NCBI GenBank assembly: GCA_023251805.1
Contig: JAHEYB010000006.1
Span: 4,123-68,122 of the forward strand
Reading direction: 5' to 3'
DNA: 64,000 nucleotides
Source: Bacteroidota bacterium
Lineage (GTDB): Bacteria > Bacteroidota > Bacteroidia > 2-12-FULL-35-15
Under the pieces are notes generated by a model. It had not been told where the DNA came from. It saw only the letters and a list, made by a program, of their open reading frames with translations, and did not search any database. Shown in pieces: positions 56,873-64,000 of the stretch. Numbering within the stretch: the first letter of the stretch is position 1; the number at the start of each line of letters is the position of its first letter. Both the position numbers and the translations under genes were made by a program.

Positions 56873-59377
56873 GTGACCGGAAGACGTATTTATAATAAAT
56901 GGATCATCATTGGGTTAATCCCTTTGCTAATCATTGCCTGCCGCCCTGCTCGCAAGCTTCAGAAAGGTGAATTTCTGCTCCAAAAAAATCACATTATCGA
57001 TAAAGATACAAAAGTTGATATAGGAGAAATTGAAGGTTATATCAAACAAAAACCAAATCGTAAAATTTTATTAATATTTCGTTTTCACCTTTGGTTGCAC
57101 AATTTAGCGAACGAAGAAAAAGCTAAACGAAAAAGAATTTTATTCGATAAAAAAATTGAAAACCGCAACAACAGGAGAATAGGAAAAGGAAAAAAGCCGA
57201 AAACAAATGATAGACAATTATTTGGTGAATGGCTTTTGAATGTAAGTGAGCCACCCGTTATTTACGATTCTCTTCTTGCAAAAAAATCAGCCAAACAAAT
57301 AAAATTATTTTTGAATAACAAAGGTTATTTCATCAGTTCGGTAAGCGACTCTGTTGTTTATCGCAGGAGAAAGCGTGCAAGTGTTTATTATACCATCACA
57401 GCACAAAAACCTTATCTTATTAATCATGTTGAATACAAAATTCCGGACGAACTTTTAAGTTATTACATCACTTCGGATACCAACAATTGCCTTATTAAAC
57501 CGGGTAAAAACTATGATGTGGATGTGATGCAACAAGAGCGCGAACGAATTGCTTCCGAACTTAGTAATAATGGATATTATTTATTTACCAAAGATTATAT
57601 TTACTATGAAGTAGATACAACCTTAGCAGATAACAAAATTAATGTTACTCTAGGAGTGAAAAATTTCGCCTACAAATATTCCGATTACTCCGATTCTATT
57701 GTTGAACGTCCACATCAACGATTTTACATCAAGAACATTTACATCCAGCCCGACTTTGTTTCAAAAAAAATGGACTATGTAAAAAAAGATACCATACGCA
57801 TAGAATCGGGAACAGGAAAGGAAATTCAAGACACAGTAAAAGGCAAAGAAGTGGATTATTATATTCTTCATACCGAAGAATTAAAATATAAAACAAAAGT
57901 TTTACTCAACTGTGTTTTTATTCGTAAAGGAGAATTGTACCAATTGCAAAACGTAGATGATACCTACAAACGTATATCAGAATTAAAATCATTCAAAACG
58001 ATTAACATCTTTTTTAACAGGGCAGGTGGCGATTATCTCGACTGTTTTATTCAATTAAGCCCTATTGCCAAACAATCCTTTACAATTGAATCGGAAGGAA
58101 CAAATACCGGAAACGGGAATTTGGGAATTTCAGGAAGTATTGTTTATCAAAACAGAAATTTGTTGAAGGGAGCCGAAGTGCTAGAACTACGCTTAAAAGG
58201 CGGCATTGAAGCGCAACACACAGAAAATAGTAATTCGGCAAATTTAAACCCTGCCTCACAATTTAACACGGTGGAAATTGGACCTGAAATGAATATTTAT
58301 ATTCCTCGCTTTTTGATTCCTTTTAAAGTGCATGCTTCCAAACGTTCAAATCCCAAAACGATTTTTACCAGCTCTTTCAACTTCCAGCAACGCCCTGATT
58401 ATACACGCTACATTACCAACCTGTCATTTTCTTATACATGGAAAGAAACGGCTAAAAAAAGACATACCATTAGTCCTTTTGTGATAAACTTTGTTAAAGT
58501 GGCTTTGCGAGGCAACTTTCTTGATAACACCAACGATTTGTATTTAATAAATAGTTTCACCGACCACTTGGCAACAAGCACCAGATATACATTTACTTAT
58601 AATGAACAAAATATAAAAAAGGAAGAAAATTTTTCATATTTCCGTGTCAACGGAGAATCATCCGGAAATATATTGCGTGGAATTTACAACATCGGAAATT
58701 CTATAAATCCAAATACATTTGTAAAAGATGACCAGGGAAGATACACTGTATTTGATGTTGCCTACTCGCAATACCTTCGCATTGATGGAGATTATAGATA
58801 TTATTTTAATTCCAATGAAATAAACAAAGTGGTTTTTAGAATTGCTGCCGGTATCGGAAAACCTTTAGCAAATTTTACAGCATTGCCCTTTGAACGCAGC
58901 TTTTTTAGCGGTGGAGCAAACGGAATTCGTGCTTGGCAATCCAGAACATTAGGTCCGGGTTCCTACGATGATGGGGAGGAAATTTCATTTGGACAAATAG
59001 GAGACGGACAAATAGAGGCGAATATCGAATATCGTTTTAAGATGTTTAAAATGCTGAAAGGAGCCATATTTGTGGATGCAGGTAATACATGGCTGCAGAA
59101 AAAAGACATTAGCCGACCCGGAGGAGATTTTCAGTTCGACAGATTTTCTAAGGAAATAGCTATTGGCTCGGGAGTGGGATTGCGTGCCGACTTCAGCTTT
59201 TTTATTATCCGATTTGATATTGGTTTAAAAGTGCGAGACCCAAAATTTTCTGAAGATAAAAGATGGGTGATCGAGAATTTGTTTGATGCTGAATGGAAAA
59301 GAGTTTACCGCACCAACAATAGCAATCGTAAATATGATTTTTTTACCTTCAATTTAGGAATTGGATATCCGTTCTAG
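56873..59377 (+). CDS. TamA/BamA (Omp85) family outer-membrane lipoprotein, TamL-like
   Basis: Lipobox LIIAC, POTRA-like segments (NKGYF, NNGYY), NRNLLKGAE, FFSGGANGIRAW and C-terminal FNLGIGYPF. Confidence 0.88.
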   Translation: MTGRRIYNKWIIIGLIPLLIIACRPARKLQKGEFLLQKNHIIDKDTKVDIGEIEGYIKQKPNRKILLIFRFHLWLHNLANEEKAKRKRILFDKKIENRNNRRIGKGKKPKTNDRQLFGEWLLNVSEPPVIYDSLLAKKSAKQIKLFLNNKGYFISSVSDSVVYRRRKRASVYYTITAQKPYLINHVEYKIPDELLSYYITSDTNNCLIKPGKNYDVDVMQQERERIASELSNNGYYLFTKDYIYYEVDTTLADNKINVTLGVKNFAYKYSDYSDSIVERPHQRFYIKNIYIQPDFVSKKMDYVKKDTIRIESGTGKEIQDTVKGKEVDYYILHTEELKYKTKVLLNCVFIRKGELYQLQNVDDTYKRISELKSFKTINIFFNRAGGDYLDCFIQLSPIAKQSFTIESEGTNTGNGNLGISGSIVYQNRNLLKGAEVLELRLKGGIEAQHTENSNSANLNPASQFNTVEIGPEMNIYIPRFLIPFKVHASKRSNPKTIFTSSFNFQQRPDYTRYITNLSFSYTWKETAKKRHTISPFVINFVKVALRGNFLDNTNDLYLINSFTDHLATSTRYTFTYNEQNIKKEENFSYFRVNGESSGNILRGIYNIGNSINPNTFVKDDQGRYTVFDVAYSQYLRIDGDYRYYFNSNEINKVVFRIAAGIGKPLANFTALPFERSFFSGGANGIRAWQSRTLGPGSYDDGEEISFGQIGDGQIEANIEYRFKMFKMLKGAIFVDAGNTWLQKKDISRPGGDFQFDRFSKEIAIGSGVGLRADFSFFIIRFDIGLKVRDPKFSEDKRWVIENLFDAEWKRVYRTNNSNRKYDFFTFNLGIGYPF

Positions 59378-59417
59378 TCTGGTTGTTGGTGGTTAGTAGA
59401 TGGTTGTTGGATATGCC

Positions 59418-59442
59418 TGTCATTTCGAGCGGAGTCGAGAAA
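59418..59442. repeat. REP copy TGTCATTTCGAGCGGAGTCGAGAAA
   Basis: Same family as the copies at 45683, 55816, 55881, 27311 and 44946. Flanked by GTTGTTG-like and CTATTGAA short repeats. Confidence 0.8.
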
Positions 59443-59583
59443 AGGGTATCGTAAAATCAACTATACTCATCGCTATTGAACTATTGAACTTTTTACTATA
59501 TTTGCCTTCCTAAAAAATCAGTTATTTGTTAAGGGGAATCTAAACTTTTTGACTTTTAACTTTTTAACTTTTAACTTAAAAAG

Positions 59584-60642
59584 ATGGCCACTAAAAAAAT
59601 TGAAGAGTTATTGGGCGCTAATGCTGATAGCTTATTGAACCACACTTGCAAAACCATTTCAAAAGAAAACATACACCTTCCCGGAAGCGATTTTGTTGAT
59701 CGCATCTTTCAGCAAACCAATCGGAACCCTCAAGTATTGCGCAGTTTACAGCAATTATATGGTACAGGAAGATTGGCAAATAGCGGTTATATGAGCATTT
59801 TGCCTGTAGACCAAGGAATTGAACACAGTGCCGGTGCATCTTTTGCTCCAAATCCTATTTATTTTGATTCAGAAAACATTGTAAAATTAGCGGTAGAAGG
59901 CGGTTGTAACGCAGTTGCTTCTACTTATGGTGTGTTGGCTTCCGTTTCTCGCAAATACGCCCATAAAATCCCATTTATTGTTAAAATCAATCACAACGAA
60001 TTTTTAAGCTATCCCAACAAGTTTGACCAAATCATGTTTGGAACAATCGAAGATGCTTGGAATATGGGCGCTGTAGCGGTTGGAGCAACTATTTATTTTG
60101 GTTCTCCCGAATCATCTCGTCAAATTGTTGAAGTAGCAAAAGCCTTTGAACATGCACATAAATTGGGTATGGCAACGGTTTTATGGTGCTACACACGTAA
60201 TAATGCATTTAAAAAAGACGGAGTCGATTATCATACCGCAACAGATTTATCATCTCAAGCAAACCATTTGGGAGTAACCATTCAGGCGGATATCATAAAA
60301 CAAAAATTATCAGATAAAAATGGTGGATATACTGCTGTTAACTTTGGTAAAACACATCCAAAAGTATATTCTGAATTAACAACAGAACACCCAATAGATT
60401 TAAATCGCTATCAAGTTGCTAATTGTTATATGGGGCGAATGGGATTAATTAATTCCGGTGGAGAATCAAAAGGAGCATCTGATATGGCTGAGGCAGTTAC
60501 AACAGCTGTTATCAATAAACGTGCAGGCGGACAAGGATTGATATCAGGAAGGAAAGCATTTCAAAAAACAGTGAAAGAAGGTGTTGAGTTGCTAAATACC
60601 ATTCAGGATGTTTATTTAGATAAGAGTATCACAATTGCTTAA
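59584..60642 (+). CDS. fbaB: Class I fructose-bisphosphate aldolase
   Basis: [33 protein letters not shown] and [19 protein letters not shown] box lies at 59497-59504. Confidence 0.95.
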   Translation: MATKKIEELLGANADSLLNHTCKTISKENIHLPGSDFVDRIFQQTNRNPQVLRSLQQLYGTGRLANSGYMSILPVDQGIEHSAGASFAPNPIYFDSENIVKLAVEGGCNAVASTYGVLASVSRKYAHKIPFIVKINHNEFLSYPNKFDQIMFGTIEDAWNMGAVAVGATIYFGSPESSRQIVEVAKAFEHAHKLGMATVLWCYTRNNAFKKDGVDYHTATDLSSQANHLGVTIQADIIKQKLSDKNGGYTAVNFGKTHPKVYSELTTEHPIDLNRYQVANCYMGRMGLINSGGESKGASDMAEAVTTAVINKRAGGQGLISGRKAFQKTVKEGVELLNTIQDVYLDKSITIA

Positions 60643-60723
60643 AACAGTTGGAGAATTTTAGATTTTTTGAATTTTAGAATTAATTCTACAAATCAACAAA
60701 TCAACAAATCAAAAATTAAAAAT

Positions 60724-61575
60724 ATGAGTTGGTTTAAACGAATAAAAGAAGGTATCACCACATCAACAAAGGAGAAAAAAGAAACTCCTGAAGGATTGTG
60801 GTATAAATGTCCTTCTTGCAAAAAGATTACAAACACTACTGAACACGAGCTAAACTTATATGTTTGTCCGAATGAAGAGTGTCAATATCACGAAAAAATT
60901 GGTTCTGCTGAATACTTCAAGATTTTTTTCGATGACAATGAATTTATCGAGTTGAACGAAAACCTCACTGCTGGCGACCCATTGCAATTTGTGGATACAA
61001 AAAAATATGTCGATAGATTGGTGGATACTGCTAAAAAGACCAATTTAAAAGATGCTTTGAGAACAGGACATGGGAAAGTGGATGGAGAAGATTTGGTGAT
61101 TGCTTGTATGGACTTTAGTTTTATTGGTGGTTCGATGGGTTCTGTGGTAGGAGAAAAAATTGCTAGAGCCTGTGATTATTGCATCGAAAAACGCATTCCT
61201 TTAATGATTATTTCTAAGTCGGGCGGTGCTCGCATGATGGAAGCTGCATTTTCCTTAATGCAAATGGCTAAAACATCCGCTAAGCTTTCGCTGATGGCAG
61301 AAGCAAAAGTACCCTATATCTCTTTCTTAACCGATCCAACTACTGGAGGTGTTACAGCGTCTTACGCAATGTTGGGCGATTTGAACATTGCGGAGCCGGG
61401 TGCTTTAATCGGTTTTGCTGGTCCGCGTGTAGTAAAAGAAACCATTGGAAAAGACCTTCCTAAAGGCTTCCAAACCTCTGAATTTGTATTGGAACACGGG
61501 TTTTTGGATAAAATTGTGAATCGTAAGGAATTGAAGGGCAAATTGGGGCAATTGCTGAAGATGTTCAAGAATTAA
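60724..61575 (+). CDS. accD: Acetyl-CoA carboxylase carboxyltransferase beta subunit
   Basis: MSWFKR start, GLWYKCPSC zinc finger, [21 protein letters not shown] and PTTGGVTAS. Confidence 0.96.
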   Translation: MSWFKRIKEGITTSTKEKKETPEGLWYKCPSCKKITNTTEHELNLYVCPNEECQYHEKIGSAEYFKIFFDDNEFIELNENLTAGDPLQFVDTKKYVDRLVDTAKKTNLKDALRTGHGKVDGEDLVIACMDFSFIGGSMGSVVGEKIARACDYCIEKRIPLMIISKSGGARMMEAAFSLMQMAKTSAKLSLMAEAKVPYISFLTDPTTGGVTASYAMLGDLNIAEPGALIGFAGPRVVKETIGKDLPKGFQTSEFVLEHGFLDKIVNRKELKGKLGQLLKMFKN

Positions 61576-61714
61576 ATCGACAAAAAAGAGAAATAGACAA
61601 TTATTATGGCTTGTACTGCTTTTTGTCTACTGTTCACTGATTAATTGTCTACTTTCCCTAAAGAGCATTAAAAAAACTTTTTCCCTTATTTATTGCTGTT
61701 TTAAAAAGAATTTC

Positions 61715-61722
61715 TATCTTTG
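61715..61722 (+). promoter_or_regulatory. Bacteroidota -7 promoter box for rpsO
   Basis: TATCTTTG with a TTG about 20 nt upstream, ending 35 nt before the rpsO start. Confidence 0.6.
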
Positions 61723-61757
61723 CAGTCCTTAAAAATAAAAACAAAAAGACGAATACA

Positions 61758-62027
61758 ATGTATTTAACATCAGAAATTAAAAAAGACATTTTCAAAAAGC
61801 ACGGTAAATCGGAGAAAGATACCGGATCATCAGAAGGGCAAATCGCTTTATTCTCTCACAGAATTGACCACTTGACGGAGCATTTGAAATCAAACAAAAA
61901 AGATTTTGGTACTCAAAAATCTCTTATCGCTTTAGTTGCTAAAAGACGTAGTTTATTAGATTACGTGAAAGCAAACGACATCGAAAGATATCGTACTATC
62001 GTTAAGAAACTTGATTTAAGAAAATAA
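61758..62027 (+). CDS. rpsO: 30S ribosomal protein S15
   Basis: DTGSSEGQIALF..RI..LTEHL..NKKD..LV.KRRSLLDY. Confidence 0.97.
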   Translation: MYLTSEIKKDIFKKHGKSEKDTGSSEGQIALFSHRIDHLTEHLKSNKKDFGTQKSLIALVAKRRSLLDYVKANDIERYRTIVKKLDLRK

Positions 62028-62052
62028 GTTTGAGTTCTTATAAATAACTTTA

Positions 62053-62088
62053 CAAAAGGCATCCAGCTCACGAGTAGGATGCTTTTTG
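62053..62088 (+). terminator. Terminator after rpsO
   Basis: CAAAAGGCATCC-(12 nt)-GGATGCTTTTTG. Confidence 0.7.
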
Positions 62089-62309
62089 CATATAAAAGGA
62101 ATTGGAAAATTGCAAGACTGGAAAATCTAAGCACTTATTTCATTTCAGTTTAAAACCTAAACAATTTTAAAATTTTATAATCAAAATAACACATTTAGAA
62201 AATTTTTCAATCTTTCAATTTTCAATCTGCAATTAAACAAAGAGGTAAAGAAAACAATAAATTAAAATCCATCCTTCGTTAAAACTACGGAGGATAAAAA
62301 CAAAAAAAC

Positions 62310-64000
62310 ATGTCACAAATTGGAATTACACACACGTTCGCACTAGCTGATGGACGTGAAATCACACTCGAAACAGGAAAATTAGCAAAACAAGCAGATG
62401 GATCTGTAGTAGTAAAAATGGGCAACACCATGTTGCTTGCAACAATCGTATCTAACAAAGATGCAAAAGAAGGAACAGACTTTTTACCGCTGTCTGTTGA
62501 TTATCAAGAAAAATTTGCGGCTGCTGGCCGTTTCCCCGGAGGATTTTTTAAACGTGAAGCAAGAATATCTGATTACGAAGTATTGATTTGCCGTTTGGTG
62601 GATCGTGCATTACGCCCACTCTTCCCTTCCGATTATCATTCTGATACACAAGTTTTAATTTCATTAATTTCAGGAGATGTAAACACAATGCCGGATGCAT
62701 TGGCTTGCTTGGCAGCTTCTGCAGCTATTTCAGTTTCTGACATTCCGTTTGACGGACCAGTTTCTGAAGTACGTGTTGGAAAAGTGGAGGGTAAATTAAT
62801 CATCAATCCATCGGTTGAAGAAAATGCAAAATCTACATTAGACATGATCATTGCAGCTTCTGCAAAAGACATCATGATGGTGGAAGGTGAAATGGATGAG
62901 ATTTCAGAAGCAGAAATGTTAGAAGCAATTAAATTCGGTCACGAAGCAATAAAATTAGAAATCAATGCGATTAAAGAATTGGTTGCAAAGGTTGAAGCTG
63001 TGAAAGGTAAAATCGTGAAACGTGAATACAATCACGAAACAAACGATGCTGAATTAGAAACGCGCATTCACAAAGCGCTTTATGATAAAGCATACGCTGT
63101 TGCTAAATCACAAAACCCAAATAAAAAAGAACGTGGTGCTGCCTTCAAAGCTGTAGTTACTGAATTTATTGATTCATTATCTGAAGAAGAAAAAGCAACA
63201 ACTAATCTTTCATTAGTGAAAAAATATTATCACGATGTTGAATACGATGCGGTTCGCAGATTCGTATTGGATGAAAGAGCTCGTTTAGATGGTCGTAAAA
63301 CAGACCAAATTCGCCCTATCTGGAGCGAAGTAGGTTATTTACCTTCTGCACATGGTTCTGCTGTTTTCACACGTGGTGAAACACAATCATTAACTACTGT
63401 TACATTGGGAACCAAATTGGATTTACAATCTATTGATAGAGCTTTGTACCAAGGACAAAATAATTTTATGTTACATTATAACTTCCCTGCATTTTCTACA
63501 GGTGAAGTAAAACCAAACCGTGGACCGGGAAGACGTGAGGTAGGCCACGGTAACTTAGCAGAACGTGCTTTGAGAAAAGTACTTTCTTCTGAAAATCCAT
63601 ATACCGTTCGTGTTGTTTCTGATATCTTAGAATCAAATGGTTCATCTTCTATGGCAACAGTTTGTGCTGGAACACTTGCATTAATGGATGCCGGAGTAAA
63701 AATCACCAAACCAGTTTCTGGAATTGCTATGGGATTAATTACTGATGACAAAGGAAAATATGCAATCCTTTCTGATATCTTGGGTGATGAAGATCACTTG
63801 GGTGATATGGACTTTAAAGTTACCGGAACAAAAGACGGAATCACAGCTTGTCAAATGGATTTGAAAGTGGATGGTTTACCTTACGAAGTAATGGCTGAAG
63901 CATTAGAACAAGCAAAAAAAGGACGTTTACATATCCTTGGAGAAATGGCGAAAACAATCACTGCTCCGCGTGAAGATTACAAAGAACACGCTCCGCGTAT
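62310..64000 (+). CDS. pnp: Polyribonucleotide nucleotidyltransferase (truncated by window end)
   Basis: ATG 62310 reads [102 protein letters not shown]. Follows rpsO. Confidence 0.97.
   Translation, partial: MSQIGITHTFALADGREITLETGKLAKQADGSVVVKMGNTMLLATIVSNKDAKEGTDFLPLSVDYQEKFAAAGRFPGGFFKREARISDYEVLICRLVDRALRPLFPSDYHSDTQVLISLISGDVNTMPDALACLAASAAISVSDIPFDGPVSEVRVGKVEGKLIINPSVEENAKSTLDMIIAASAKDIMMVEGEMDEISEAEMLEAIKFGHEAIKLEINAIKELVAKVEAVKGKIVKREYNHETNDAELETRIHKALYDKAYAVAKSQNPNKKERGAAFKAVVTEFIDSLSEEEKATTNLSLVKKYYHDVEYDAVRRFVLDERARLDGRKTDQIRPIWSEVGYLPSAHGSAVFTRGETQSLTTVTLGTKLDLQSIDRALYQGQNNFMLHYNFPAFSTGEVKPNRGPGRREVGHGNLAERALRKVLSSENPYTVRVVSDILESNGSSSMATVCAGTLALMDAGVKITKPVSGIAMGLITDDKGKYAILSDILGDEDHLGDMDFKVTGTKDGITACQMDLKVDGLPYEVMAEALEQAKKGRLHILGEMAKTITAPREDYKEHAPR

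Noticed and set aside
60667-60723. N-terminal extension of AccD ([16 protein letters not shown])
   Set aside because: It is a translation of AAATCAAC octamer repeats. The canonical start MSWFKR is at 60724.

Overview
AT-rich, gene-dense chromosomal window from a member of the Bacteroidota. This assignment is inferred from T9SS cargo and PorP genes, TAnnTTTG -7 promoter boxes and a BtuB/BtuG B12 uptake locus. Most of the window is housekeeping: dnaE, trxA, rpsP-rimM, rpsO-pnp, pckA, fbaB, accD, a biotin carboxylase, hbd, pcm, rsmE and RNA methyltransferases. Envelope and secreted proteins include four T9SS substrates, PorP/SprF, a TamA/BamA-family protein and beta-barrels. I found no CRISPR array, rRNA, tRNA, prophage or transposase. 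The points worth follow-up are: (1) a structured leader of about 145 nt with mutually exclusive pairings and a 14-codon uORF upstream of an S4-less RluF-type pseudouridine synthase; (2) many families of short palindromic or tandem intergenic repeats that are repeatedly nested inside one another and may have inserted in-frame into two genes; (3) a >1200-aa secreted TPR-like repeat protein with a higher-order 774-bp period and a shorter paralog 32 kb away; (4) a cobalamin riboswitch-btuB-btuG-DUF71/Dph6-like operon; (5) a palindromic sigma-54-like promoter with a TGACA-N3-TGTCA box beside trxA. All family assignments come from motif recognition by eye; no database searches were run.
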